From the NCBI GenBank assembly GCA_964291625.2, contig OZ220089.1:3616001-3680000 (forward strand): DNA of 64,000 nt. Direction: 5' to 3'. Under the pieces are notes generated by a model. The model was not told the DNA's origin. It searched no databases and was given only the letters and a program-made list of their open reading frames with translations. Source of the stretch: Candidatus Latescibacterota bacterium (GTDB lineage Bacteria; Latescibacterota; UBA2968; UBA8231). The translations under genes and the position numbers were made by a program. Below are positions 20,665-32,800 of this stretch, one piece after another (positions within the stretch are counted from its first letter, which is position 1; every line of letters begins with the position of its first letter).

Positions 20665-22421
20665 GTCACCATGGACGAGCATAGCACCACGGTGGCCTCC
20701 TACGAGGCCGATGATCCCGACGCAGTCGACACGATCACGTGGCAGGCTCTGGAGGGCGCGGACGCCGACAGCTTCGAGGTGGAAGGCACGGGGAACACCC
20801 GCACCCTGAGGTGGCGGAACGCCCCCGACTACGAGAAACTGCCCAAGTATCAGTTCACGGTGGTCCTGAAGGTCCGCGACAACCACGGGGCCCTGAGCGA
20901 CCCGAAGACCGTCACCGTCAAGGTGCGCAACATCGACGAACCGGGCACCGTCACCCTTTCCACCTATCCTCCCAAGCCCTGCGCGCCCGTCTCCGCAACC
21001 CTCAGGGATCCGGATGGGGGCATCACCTTGGAGGGAAGAGACACCTACGGCTGGATGTGGCCGATCCAGGATTCCCCGCCGTCGCCGGCCCGTGCGCCCC
21101 CGCGTCCTTTGGTTGCCACCCGAACCTACACGCCGAAGAACCGGGACGTGGGCAAGACCATTCAGGCAACGGTCCAGTACGGAGACGCTCAGGGCCCCAA
21201 CAAGAGCGCCACGTCCGCCTCCAGCACCACCGTGGTCGCCAACATCCCACGAGCTCCCGGACGCTACATGGTGACGGGTGGGGTGGAGTCGGTCCGCCTG
21301 GCCTGGACCAAGCCGGACGATTGTGGCTCGGAGATCACCGAGTACCAGTACAAGTATCGGCGGGGCACCGGCGACTGGACGACCGGCACGATCGACAAGA
21401 GCCAGACCTCCCATACGATCAGCGGGCTGGATGGAGGCGTCGAGTACCAGGTGCAACTGCGAGCCCGCAACGGCGTGTCTCACAACTCGGGCTACAGCGC
21501 GGCGGTCACCAGCTCCGCCACGACGATTGACGGGAATGATCCTCCCACACTGGAAGGCCCCGGGGAGGTCACCATGGACGAGCATAGCACCACGGTGGCC
21601 TCCTACGGGGCCGATGATCCCGACGCAGGCGACACGATCACGTGGGAGGCTCTGGAGGGCGCGGACGCCGACAGCTTCGAGGTGGAAGGCACGGGAAACA
21701 CCCGCACCCTGAGGTGGCGGAACGCTCCCAACTACGAGGAACTGCCCAAGTATCAGTTCACGGTGGCCCTCAAGGTCCGCGACAACCACGGGGCCCTGAG
21801 CGACCCGAAGAGCGTCACCGTCAAGGTGCGCAACATCGACGAACCGGGCACGGTCACCTTCTCCACGACGGTCCCCAAGGCCTGCGGGTCCGTCACGGCC
21901 ACTCTGCGAGATCCGGACGGCGGCATCAACCTGGAGAACACGGACGAGACCTATGGATGGGCGTGGACCGCTCAGGATTCGCCGCCGGCCCGTGCACCGC
22001 TCATACCGGTGTCCGTCACCGAGTCCTACGAGGTCCGGAACCGAGACGTGGGCAAGACGCTTCGGGCCTCGGTCTTGTATGGGGACTCTCAAGGTCCCGA
22101 CAAGTCCGCCGCTGCCACTACTCTGACCATACTGGCCAATGTCCCGAAGGCCCCTGGGGGCTACGATGTCACCGGTGGGGTGGAGTCGGTCCGCCTGGCC
22201 TGGACCAAGCCGGACGATTGTGGCTCGGCGATCACTGAGTACCAGTACAAGTATCGGCGGGGCACCGGGAACTGGACGACCGGCACGGTCGGCAAGAGCC
22301 AGACCTCCCATACGATCAGCGGGCTGGATGGAGGCGTCGAGTACCAGGTGCAACTGCGAGCCCGCAACGGCGCGTCTCACAACTCGGGCTACAGCGCGGC
22401 GGTCACCAGATCCGCCACGAC
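20665..22421 (+). repeat. Intragenic tandem duplication (~900-bp period) of a cadherin-like + Ig-like + FN3 block
   Basis: GTCACCATGGACGAGCATAGCACCACGGTGGCC at 20665 and 21568; FN3 parts nearly identical. Confidence 0.9.
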
Positions 22422-23934
22422 ACAGCATGGGAATCGCGGTCCCACACTCGACGACGGCACGGCCTCCGTGGCGGAGAACTCCACTGCTGTCGGCACCTAC
22501 ACGGCGACCGACCCCGACGCAGGAGATGTCCTCCGATGGAGCCTGAGCGACGAAACGACGTTCAGCATCACGGCCTCGTCGGACACGCGCAGTGGTACCC
22601 TGGTCTTCGACAACGCTCCCAACTACGAGACCAAGAGCAGTTACTCGGTCGTCATCACGGTAACGGATCAGGCCGGGGCCACGGACACGGGCACCATCGG
22701 CATCACGGTCACCAACGAGGACGATCCCGGTGTCGTCATCCTCACCCCGTCGTCGCCTCGTGTCGGAGATACCGTCCGGGCGGCCTTGACCGACGAAGAT
22801 GGGGTCACCAACGCCCAGGGCTGGGCGTGGTCTACCGAATCGAGTGCCTCTTCCGCCTCGGGCGAGGGCTCGGACCGCACGCCCCGGTTCAACACGGAAT
22901 TCGACGTCACCAGTGCTCATGTCGGCCAGTACATCAAGGCCTCTCGGAGCTATGACGACAATCACGGGTCGGGCAAGTCCGCGACCGGCACCACCGGGAG
23001 CGTCCGCGCCAACAAGCCCAAGGCGCCGCCCAACCTCCGCGCGGCTCGCGGCGATGGGGAGGTCACCCTGACGTGGGATGCGGCCGATGACCAGGGAGCC
23101 ACCATCGACCGCTACAACTACCGCTACAAGACCCGTGACGGCACGTACGGCAACTACAAGCGTGTCTACTCCCGGAGCAAGACCATCGACGGTCTCACCA
23201 ACGGCACCGAGTACGATTTCCAGGTGAGGGGGCACAACTCCGAGGGCTTCGGGCCTCCCTCGTCCACCTCCGCCACTCCGGCCGGCAAGCCCGATGCCCC
23301 GAGCGGCTTCAGCCATGGGCGCAGCGGGGCCAACTCGGTCACCGTCTCGTGGGACGAGCCGGAGGACAACGGCTCGGCCATCACGGGGTACTACTGGTAC
23401 AAGAGACAGGGGCCGACGTGGAGTGCTCCGACATGGGTGACGGACAGAGAGTTCACGGACGACAATTCCTGGAACGCCCGGTCGCATAGATACGCGGTCA
23501 GGTCCAAGAACGGCGTCGGAGAAAGCGACATGGCCGAGTACACCGTGCCCGCAGAGGAGCAGAGGAGGTCGGCCAAGCCTGTGGCCGACTTCGCGGACTC
23601 GACCGGCTTCGGGGTCATGGCGGCCCCCAATCCGTTCAACCCGGAGACCGCGATCTTCCTGGCTCTCCCCGAGGCGATGGCGGTGAGTCTGACCGTCTAC
23701 GGCATCACCGGCCAGGAGGTCGCCAGTCTCCGCGAGGGGCAGGTGCTGGAGGCTGGGCTACACAGCATCCGGTGGGCCGGGAGAGACGACCAGGGACGGC
23801 CTGTGGGCTCAGGAATCTATCTGTACAGACTCCTCGCTGGGACCGAAGCGAGGGTTGGGAAGATGCTGCTGATTCGGTGAGGCGGCGGTGACATGAGGCG
23901 GGTCGCAGACCGGAACTCAAAAGGAGTTGAAGCG

Positions 23935-26900
23935 ATGAAGGGACTCATGGCCACTCTCATTCTTGCGCCCTTGGCTGTCTGCCATGCCTCTCCTTCGCCC
24001 TCCGACAGCCTGCACTCCTGTCTGCTCCGCGAGCCGGAACTGGAGCCGCCCGCCGGCCGCGTGGCCGGCAAGCGGCTGGCGGACCGGGACGCGGGCGAGC
24101 CCCGCACCGTCCGGATGTTCTACTTCCTGCCCAACGACCGTCCATTCCGCCGGGCCGTGGTGCAGAGGATCAAGGACGAGATGCTTGGCATGCAGGCCTG
24201 GTACGGCGAGCAGATGGAGGGCCACGGGTACGGGTACAAGACCCTCCGCCTGGAGACCGATGACAACGGCGATCCGCTGGTTCACCGCGTGAATGGGCAG
24301 CACCCCGACAGTCGATATCTCGCCAGGACCTGGATCACCGTGCTCGACGAGATAGAGGCATCCTTCGATCTGTCGAAGAGTATCGTCGTCGTCGTGGTCG
24401 ACAACAGCAACAACCTGATCGACCAGTCCGTGGCCGGAGCGGCGGCCTGGAACGGGAAGGAGGGCGGCATCGCCATGGTGGGAGGTGAGTTCGCCTGGGA
24501 TACCCTGGCCCATGAACTGACCCACACCTTCGGCTTGGGACACGATTACCGCGATGACAGATACATCCTGTCCTACGGCCTGGATGTCAGGAGCGTGCTG
24601 TCGGCGTGCAGCGCCGGCGTCCTGGCCGTTCATCCCTACTTCAATCCCGATGTCGGCCTCGAGTGGGGCCAGGGGCCGGCCATCGAGCTCCTCTCGGCGA
24701 CGACCTATCGCGAGGGCTCGCAGAGCGTTCCCATCCGGCTGAGAGTCAGCGACGCCGACGGGCTTCAGACAGTGCGCGTGAGAGTTCGCACCAGGGAGAC
24801 CCACGACGCCCGGATCGGGGGAGGTTGGGAAACGAAGACCTGCCGGGGATTGACGGGCGAAGAAGAAGCCGTCGTGGAAATCGACTACGACGGCGTGATC
24901 CCTTCGGGCAGTGCCTGGGGGTTCTCGGATCTCTCCGATCCCAAGGTGCATCCGATCAGCATCATCGTGATCGACAGGGACGGCAACCGGTCAGGTCACA
25001 GGTTCCAGTTGTGGGAACTGTCCCGGCAGCATCTGGCCACCTTGGAGCTGGCGCAGGAGGTCCATGGGTTGGCCTTTGTGCCGGGTGCCACCACACTCGC
25101 CTCGGGGTCGGGAGAGGGAGTGAAGCTGTGGGACCCGGCGAGGCGGACAAGGACCACGACCCCTCTGGCCGTCGACGTCACGGCCCTGGCCGTTTCCTCG
25201 GACGGGGCGACCCTGGCCTCGGGCTCCCGCAGCGGTCAGGTCCAGCTCTTTGATCTGCGGGGCCGCCGGGTGATCGCAACCCTCACCGGGCCTGCTCACC
25301 CGATCCGCTCCTTGGCCTTCACCCGCGACGGCAGGACCCTTGCCTCGGGGGCCCCGGACGCCATCCGGCTGTGGGACGTGGAGATGCGGACCCGCACCGC
25401 GACCCTGCCGGCGGGGGCCTTGTCGGTAGCCTTCTCGCCCGACGGCGCGACTCTCGCCTCCGGCTCGGAAGATGGCGTGCGCCTCTGGGATGTGGAGAGG
25501 CAGACCGAGATTGCGACCTACCAGCACAGCGGTGACGAATGGGGGCCCGGGGTCAACACCGTGGCTTTCTCCCCGGATGGAATCCTGGTCGCCTCCGGCG
25601 GGGACGATACCACCGTGCGGCTGTGGGACGTGGCGGCAGGCGAGAACGCCGCGGTCCTGGAGGGGCATGAGCGCCCCGTCCGATCGGTGTCGTTCTCGGC
25701 CGACGGGACCCTGCTCGCTTCCGGGGCGGACCTGGTCGTGAACTTGTGGGACCCGGTGGCGAAGGAGAGGCTCGTCACCCTGCGGGGTGAGGGCCGGGAG
25801 GTCAAGACCGTTGCCTTCTCGCCGGATGGCACGACGCTTGCCGCGGGAAGCGAGGATGGCAGGATCGGACTGTGGGACGTGTCCGAGTGGCGGGCTTCCC
25901 GGCCTCAGAGGCTGGTGGTGATCTCCGGCGACGCTCAGCAGGGGATGAGCGGCGAGCCACTGGCCGAGCCGCTGGTGGTGGAGGTCCGGGATCAGTACGG
26001 CAATCCCCTGCCAGGTGTCGAGATCGACTTTGTGGTCGCGGAGGGAGATGGCAGGGTCGGCGCGCGGTTCACGCTGGAAAGAACGACGAGCGATCCCGAC
26101 GGACGGGCCGAGGTCGTGCTCACGCTGGGCCCGGCTCAGGGAACGAACACCGTGGAGGTATCGGTTCCCGGGCTCGAGGCCGTCTCCTTCCGTGCCGCCG
26201 GGATCGGAGAACCGCAGACCACACCCATGGAGGGGGATATCAGTACCTGGCAACTACCCGACGCCGCGATCACCCGGCTGGGCAAGGGGGATATCAAGGA
26301 TGTCGCCTTTTCCCCGAATGGGGAACTCCTCGCTGTGCCGACGGACATCGGCATCTGGCTCTACGATGTGGCGACATCCCGGGAGGTCGCTCTTCTGCCT
26401 ACGCGTCGGCTATGGGACATAGCTTTTTCGCCTGATGGGCGAACCCTCGCGTCCTGCGGGGCCTACAAGGACCCTATCAGGCTTTGGGAAGTGGCCACGG
26501 GTGAAGAGACTGCAACCATTGACTACGACGCTACCGCCCTGGCCTTCTCTCCGGACGGCAAGACCCTGGCTTCCGGATCGAACTACGGGATCGAGGTGTG
26601 GGACGTGGAGACGAGGTCTCAGAGGGCGACGATGTCCACCGCGGAGGGTACCTGGGGCATCCACTCGGTGGCCTTTTCGCCCGATGGCAGAACGATGGCG
26701 GCCGGGTCGTGGTTGGATTACTCGGTGCAACTGTGGGACGTGGAGACAACGACAAAGCTCGCAACCATGGAGGGGCACAGGGATGAAGTCAATTCCGTGT
26801 CTTTCGCCCCTGACGGGAGGACGGTTGCCTCCGCGTCGCAGGACCACACGGTCAGGCTTTGGGATGTGGCCACCCAGTCCATCGCCGCCATCTTCGAGGG

Positions 26901-29421
26901 ACATGACAGCTGGGTCCGCTCCGTGGACTTTTCTCCCGACGGAGCCTTCCTCGCCTCGGCATCGACGGATGTCAAGCTGTGGGACGTCGCTACGGGCCAC
27001 GCTACCACCTTCTCCGCCGCAGGTGGTCGTGTGGCCTTTTCCCCTGATGGGAGGAGACTGGCTTCGCTCTCAAGGGGTGGAGTCGCCATCTGGGACCTGG
27101 CCACGGGCAACGCCGCCGCCATCGGGGGCGGTCACTTCGGTGGGGGTTCCCTTTCGGTGGCCCTCTCGCCGGATGGCGCGACGCTCGCGTCGGTAAGCTA
27201 TCTGGATGTCTACCTGTGGGACGTGGCGACCGCGACCAACACCGCCGTTCTCGAGGGACATGAGGGCAGGCTCAATTCCGTGGTCTTTTCACCGGATGGT
27301 GCCACCCTGGCCTCCGGGGCCTCGGATCAGACGATCAGATTGTGGGACGTGGCGACTGGCGCCGCCCTGGCCACTCTCGAAGCGAGGGGCCGCAGGGCAT
27401 GGACCAGCGTCGTGGCCTTTTCGCCGGACGGCCGGAGGATCGCATCGGGGCACGGCAATGGCACAGTCAAGGTCTGGGACCTGGAGACGGGGACAAACAC
27501 CGTGACTCTGGAGGGAGGGCATACCTACGCCGTCGGCTGGCTGGCGTTTTCCCCTGATGGCGAAACCTTGGCTACCTCCTCGGCAGAACTGGCCATGTGG
27601 GACCTGGCGACGGAGACCAATATCCTCACTCAGGAGGATGCTCCGGAGGGGATCTACACGGTCTCCTTTGCTCCCGATGGGACCGCTCTCGTTCTTGCAA
27701 GGCCGTCTGAGGACCCCGAGTCCCCCGTTTCGATATGGGAAGTCCCGGCGGGGGAGGAGACGGCTGCGCTGTCCGTCGAGTACCCGGGCTGGCCCTCTTC
27801 CGGGGCCTTTTCCCCTGATGGTTCGATCGTCCTTTCGGGAAACTCGCCCTACAATGTCGACGTGGTGGAGGTGCGGGACGTTGCGACGGGCACCTTGATC
27901 GCCGCCCTCGAAGGGCACGGAGAGCAGGTCGGGGCCCTGGCCTTTTCGGGTGACGGATCGACCTTCGCCTCCACGTCCTACGACGGCACGGTACTGGTTT
28001 GGGAACTTCAACGTGCGCTGCTTCACCCGAGGAGCTTGACGGGGCTGTCCGGCGATGACCAGGAGGGGTTGCCCAACGCGGCTTTGCCCGAGCCTCTTGT
28101 CGTCGAGGTGCGGGATCAGCACGGAGATCCGCTGCCGGGCGTCGAGGTTGTCTTCAGGGTCATCCACGGCGGTGGGAACCTCTCGGTGGAGACCACCGAG
28201 ACCGACGACCACGGCCGGGCAGCCAGCACCCTGACCCTGGGCGGCGCACCGGGACGAAACACCGTGCTGGCCATCTTGAGCGATCGCGTGCTGGCCATGG
28301 TGAGAGATATCGAGGCCGTGGTCTTCACTGCCGAGACCCGGTCGACTCCCACGACCCTGGACAAGCTCGGGGGCGATGAACAGCAGGGGCCGAGCGGCTC
28401 CCCCCTGGACGAGCCTTTCGTCGTCTCTCTGCTCGACCAGGTCGGTTCCCCCTATGCCGGGGCGACGGTCACCTTTGCGGTGACCGCCGGCGACGGCACC
28501 CTCTCGGCGGCCACGGCCACCACGGACGCCCGGGGCCGCGCCTCCAGCACCCTGACCCTGGGCCGCACTCCGGGGCCCGTCACGGTCGAGGTGACGGTGG
28601 CCGGGCTGGAGCCGGTGACCTTCACCGCACTCGGCATGGCCATCCCCCGGAGCCTGGCCAAGCCTTCCGGCGACGAGCAGCAGTCCGAGCCGGGCGCGCA
28701 ACTGTCGGAGCCCCTGGTGGTCTCCGTGCTCGACCAGCACGGGGAAGCCTATCCCGGCGCCGTGGTCACCTTTGCTCTCGCCGGCGACGGCGGAACCCTC
28801 TCGGCCCTCACCGACACCACCGACGCCGAGGGCCTGGCCGCCACCACCCTGACCCTGGGCGAGGAGCCGGGGACCTACACGGTCGTGGCCACGGTGACCG
28901 ATCTCGAGCCGGTGACCTTCACCGCCAGCGCCGAGGCGAGCCCCGACTTCGACGACGACGGCGAGGTCGGCTTCTCGGACTTCTTCCTCTTCGCCGAGGC
29001 CTTCGGGGGCAGCGATCCCCGCTTCGACCTGGACGCCAGCGGCGAGGTGGACTTCGCCGACTTCTTCCTCTTGGCCGAGCACTTCGGGCAGCCGGCGCGG
29101 GCCAAGCTGGTAGCCTTGGCCCGGGAGATGATCGGCCTGCCGGAGGGTCCGCAGCTGAGGCAGAACGCCCCCAATCCCTTCAACAGCGGAACGGTCATCT
29201 CCTGGTTCCAGCTGCAGTCCGGTGCGGCGCGTCTGGAGGTGTTCGCGCTGACCGGCCAGCGGGTGGCGGTGCTGCACCACGGTCCGCGCAAAGCCGGGTT
29301 CCACCACCTGCGCTGGGACGGGCGCGACCAGCGGGGCCGCCTGCTCGCCAGCGGCGTCTACCTCTACCGTCTGGTGACAACCGAGGCCGTGCAGACGCGC
29401 AAGCTCACCCTGCTGCGATAG
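23935..29421 (+). CDS. Secreted modular protein: metzincin-type peptidase + multiple WD40 propellers + Big-1 repeats + EF-hand/dockerin-like + FlgD-Ig tail
   Basis: 1828 aa from the ATG after AAGGAG; HELTHTFGLGH; many GH...VAFSPDG.TLASG...VRLWD repeats; same N- and C-terminal modules as 189-3398. Confidence 0.92.
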   Translation: MKGLMATLILAPLAVCHASPSPSDSLHSCLLREPELEPPAGRVAGKRLADRDAGEPRTVRMFYFLPNDRPFRRAVVQRIKDEMLGMQAWYGEQMEGHGYGYKTLRLETDDNGDPLVHRVNGQHPDSRYLARTWITVLDEIEASFDLSKSIVVVVVDNSNNLIDQSVAGAAAWNGKEGGIAMVGGEFAWDTLAHELTHTFGLGHDYRDDRYILSYGLDVRSVLSACSAGVLAVHPYFNPDVGLEWGQGPAIELLSATTYREGSQSVPIRLRVSDADGLQTVRVRVRTRETHDARIGGGWETKTCRGLTGEEEAVVEIDYDGVIPSGSAWGFSDLSDPKVHPISIIVIDRDGNRSGHRFQLWELSRQHLATLELAQEVHGLAFVPGATTLASGSGEGVKLWDPARRTRTTTPLAVDVTALAVSSDGATLASGSRSGQVQLFDLRGRRVIATLTGPAHPIRSLAFTRDGRTLASGAPDAIRLWDVEMRTRTATLPAGALSVAFSPDGATLASGSEDGVRLWDVERQTEIATYQHSGDEWGPGVNTVAFSPDGILVASGGDDTTVRLWDVAAGENAAVLEGHERPVRSVSFSADGTLLASGADLVVNLWDPVAKERLVTLRGEGREVKTVAFSPDGTTLAAGSEDGRIGLWDVSEWRASRPQRLVVISGDAQQGMSGEPLAEPLVVEVRDQYGNPLPGVEIDFVVAEGDGRVGARFTLERTTSDPDGRAEVVLTLGPAQGTNTVEVSVPGLEAVSFRAAGIGEPQTTPMEGDISTWQLPDAAITRLGKGDIKDVAFSPNGELLAVPTDIGIWLYDVATSREVALLPTRRLWDIAFSPDGRTLASCGAYKDPIRLWEVATGEETATIDYDATALAFSPDGKTLASGSNYGIEVWDVETRSQRATMSTAEGTWGIHSVAFSPDGRTMAAGSWLDYSVQLWDVETTTKLATMEGHRDEVNSVSFAPDGRTVASASQDHTVRLWDVATQSIAAIFEGHDSWVRSVDFSPDGAFLASASTDVKLWDVATGHATTFSAAGGRVAFSPDGRRLASLSRGGVAIWDLATGNAAAIGGGHFGGGSLSVALSPDGATLASVSYLDVYLWDVATATNTAVLEGHEGRLNSVVFSPDGATLASGASDQTIRLWDVATGAALATLEARGRRAWTSVVAFSPDGRRIASGHGNGTVKVWDLETGTNTVTLEGGHTYAVGWLAFSPDGETLATSSAELAMWDLATETNILTQEDAPEGIYTVSFAPDGTALVLARPSEDPESPVSIWEVPAGEETAALSVEYPGWPSSGAFSPDGSIVLSGNSPYNVDVVEVRDVATGTLIAALEGHGEQVGALAFSGDGSTFASTSYDGTVLVWELQRALLHPRSLTGLSGDDQEGLPNAALPEPLVVEVRDQHGDPLPGVEVVFRVIHGGGNLSVETTETDDHGRAASTLTLGGAPGRNTVLAILSDRVLAMVRDIEAVVFTAETRSTPTTLDKLGGDEQQGPSGSPLDEPFVVSLLDQVGSPYAGATVTFAVTAGDGTLSAATATTDARGRASSTLTLGRTPGPVTVEVTVAGLEPVTFTALGMAIPRSLAKPSGDEQQSEPGAQLSEPLVVSVLDQHGEAYPGAVVTFALAGDGGTLSALTDTTDAEGLAATTLTLGEEPGTYTVVATVTDLEPVTFTASAEASPDFDDDGEVGFSDFFLFAEAFGGSDPRFDLDASGEVDFADFFLLAEHFGQPARAKLVALAREMIGLPEGPQLRQNAPNPFNSGTVISWFQLQSGAARLEVFALTGQRVAVLHHGPRKAGFHHLRWDGRDQRGRLLASGVYLYRLVTTEAVQTRKLTLLR

Positions 29422-29835
29422 AGGCCACAGATTCGGAGGGCTATGACTGACAGGAGATGCTGTCCCGACGGCGCCCAGGTGGTAGGGCGTGTCAATTGTC
29501 GCCCGAAATGGCGCCAGGTGCTCTCGGCCAAAGGAGACCACTCGGCGGCGGACTCCTGGAGGCTTCGAATCAGGCGTCGTCGGTGTCGATGCGCTACCCG
29601 TCTGACAGACAGCAAGGCACGACCTGATCGATTGTGGAGACGACCTCGCCCATGACACGGATACAGTGTGCCACCTTGGCGTTGATCGCACTGGGGCCTT
29701 CCCAAGCCGAGGAGACCGAGATCTCCTTCGCTGCAGGAACGAACGACGAAGGCGTGGCGTATGCGGTCAGCGATTCTATCGGACGGGTGATGACGACCTG
29801 GTCCGAGAGTATTCCCCCCACCAGGAGCACGGATC

Positions 29836-32800
29836 ATGAAACCTGCCGTTCATCACCTGGCCTGTCTTGCCTTCCTTGGCTTGATCTCTCCGCCAATCTC
29901 GAAGGTTCACGCGTCACCGCCTCCCCCGGACAGCTTGCACTTCTGCCAAGTCCTCGATCTCGGTCTCGAGGATCTCGATATCCACCCAGCGGGCAAGCGA
30001 CTGGGGGATCTGAACGCCGGCGAGCCCCGCACGGTTCGGATGCTCTACTTCGTGCCCAATGACCGTCCTGTGCGCGAGGAAATCATCCAGAAGATGAAGG
30101 ATGAGATTCGCGGCATTCAGACCTTCTTCGGCGAGCAGATGCAGGCGCACGGGTACGGCTACAGGACCTTCCGGTACGAGACCGACGACGAGGGAGAGCC
30201 GCTGGTCCACCGCCTGCGCGGGGTGTATCCGGACAGCCACTATGTCGAGGACACGTTCTTGAAATTGAAGGAAGAGATCGATCAGATCTTTGATCCGTAT
30301 ATCCAGATTCTCGTCGTTGACAATGCCTCAGGTCTGCTCAGCGGATACGCCTTGGGTAGGGCCCTTGTGTTTTCAAAACAGAGAGGTACCGGGGTAGTGA
30401 CAGCAGGAGGAGCTTGGCGGACGACGGCCCATGAACTCGGCCATGCCTTCGGATTGCAGCACAACTTCCAAAAGAGTACCTACATCATGTCCTATGGATC
30501 ACATGGACCCGCTCTGTCCGCATGCGCCGCCGCATATCTGGCCGTGCATCCGTACTTCGACCCCGAGGTTGGATTGGAGGAAGGCCAGCCCCCGGCCATC
30601 GAGCTCATTTCGTCACGTGCCTATCCAGCAGGGTCGGAGAGCGTCCCGGTTCGACTCAGGGTCAGCGATGCTGACGGGCTCCACCTGGTGAAGATGTTCG
30701 TTCTCACGCACGACCCCGGCATCGAGCTGAAGACCTGCCAGGGATTGACGGGTGAGAAGGAGACCGTCGTGGAGTTGGCCTACGACGGTGTGGTTCCAGG
30801 TGATGTGACCTGCTGTCCGACCGATCTATCCGACCCGCCCGTGCATCCGATCTACATTGCAGCCACGGACAAGAACGGGGACGATGGGTGGTTGAGTTTC
30901 GATCTGTGGGAGATCTCCCCATCGCATGTCTCCACTCTGGAGGCAGGCCACGTGCACTCGTTGGCCTTTTCACCCGACGGCACGCTGGCTTCGGCCTCCG
31001 GTGGTGTACTGGCCTACCCCCGAGCTGGCCCCCACCGTGAGATCAGGCTGTGGGACATTGACAGGCAGACGGCAATCACCTTGTCCGGAAGGGCGAACGA
31101 TCTCGCCCTTTCGCCCGGCAGCACAACCCTCGCCGCCGCATCGCGGGACATCGCTCTGTGGAACGCCGAAACGGGCCAGTTCCTCGCCTCTCTCCCCGGA
31201 CCCGGGAGCCATGCCCGTTCCGTGGCCTTTTCACCCGACGGCACGGTCCTCGCCGCCGCGTACCCCGATGAGATCCGACTGTGGGACATGGACACACACA
31301 CCCGTACGGCCACCCTGCCCGCCGGCGCCACCGTGGTGGCCGTCTCCGCTAACGGTATCCTCGCCTCGGCCGATCGTTTTGAACAGATCACCCTGTGGGA
31401 CATGGAGACGCTGACAAGTACCGCGGTGGAGACAGCGACAAGCACTCATGGCTGGGGCCCGGACGTCAAGGCCTTGGCCTTCTCACCCGACGGCAGCATG
31501 TTCGCTTCCGGGGCTTTTTCTTCGCGGGTCCAGCTGTGGAATGCGTACACGGGGGAAAGCGTGAGTGTCCTTGGAGTACATTACGGGGCTCCTGTCAGCT
31601 CGGTGGTCTTCTCGCCCGACGGGAGCCTGCTCGCTTCCGGTGCACCCGGAAGTGGGGTCCTGCTCTGGGACGTTGGGCGAGGCCGCGGGCCGGTCGCCCT
31701 CCGGGCGCCGACCAAGGCTGTCAATGCCCTGGCCTTTTCGCCCGATGGGCGTTTCCTCGCTGCCGGGTCGGATGGCACGATCGAACTGTGGGACATGGCC
31801 GAGTGGCTCCAGCCCCGCCCCACGAGGCTGGTCGTCGTTTCAGGTGACACTCAGGAGGGCCCGGCAGGCGCTCAATTGGATGACCCGTTGGTCCTCGAGG
31901 TGAGAGACCAGTACGACAACCCGCTGCCAGGAGTCCGGGTCACCTTTACCGTCACCGACGGCGACGGCCACTTCGTCGACAGGTATCATCTCAACAGGAG
32001 GTGGACAGATGCCAACGGCCGGGTGGAAATCACCCTCACACTCGGGCCGGAGCCGGGAACCAACACCGTCGAGGCCAGGGCCGGGCTCAGGGTCGTGACG
32101 TTCAGTGCAACCGGGCGACTGGTCCTCCCCCATCCCAAGAGCCTGACCAGGCTCTCCGGCGCTGAGCAGGACGGGCGGCCGGGGCTGGCTCTGGACGAGC
32201 CTCTTGTCATCGAGGTGAGGGACCAGAACGGCGCATGGTTGAGAGACGTTGAGGTCACCTTTGCAATCACCTCCGGCGACGGGACCCTCTCCGTGGAGAG
32301 CACGACGACCAACCCGCGCGGCCAGGCCTCGACCACCCTGACCCTGGGCAATGCACCCGGCCCGACCACCGTCGAGGTCACGGTGGCCGGGGTCGATCCC
32401 GTAACCTTCACGGCCACGACCCTGGCGGTTCCCTGGACCCTGACGAGAGTCGGGGGCCTCGAGCAGGAGGGGCCGGCCGGAGAGCCCCTGCAGAGCCCCC
32501 TTGTCGTCTCCGTCCTCGACCAGACGGGGGCGCCCCTGGCCGGCACGGTCGTCGCCTTCGTTGTCACCACCGGCGAGGGGACCCTCTCGGTGAGCACCGC
32601 CAACACCGACGCCGACGGCCTCGCCTCCACCACTCTGACCCTGGGCCCGCAACCCGGGGCCAACACCGTTGTGGCGACCGTGGCCGGCCTCGACCCCGTG
32701 ACCTTCGGGGCCATGGGGCGCGCCGTTCCCCGGACCCTGACCAAGGTGAGCGGCGATCTGCAGCATGGCACGGTCGGCACCCGGTTGGCGGATTCCCTGG

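Larger units (their letters stand above)
15234..23880 (+). pseudogene. Giant M6-like metalloprotease with cadherin-like/FN3 stalk and FlgD-Ig tail, interrupted by an IS (protease 3)
   Basis: Joining 15234-17621 to 19204-23880 gives 7065 nt in one frame (2354 aa); the junction WQGI|EINANSGG matches protease 2. HEIGHLLGFRH; APDYE cadherin-like motifs; LAWTKP...YQVQLRARN FN3; APNPFNP...SGIYLYRL tail. Confidence 0.9.

Noticed and set aside
19150-23487. 1445-aa minus-strand ORF (also 17327-19153, 27289-29691, 31840-34650, 51245-53440, 54825-56693)
   Set aside because: Antisense shadows of high-GC genes with clear motifs on the other strand; no independent motifs apart from the kinase remnant inside 31840-34650.
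29422-29835. Possible small secreted-protein ORF (MTRIQCATLALIALG...) between the WD40 genes
   Set aside because: Runs out of frame into the next gene and has no recognisable motif; may be a remnant but cannot be supported.
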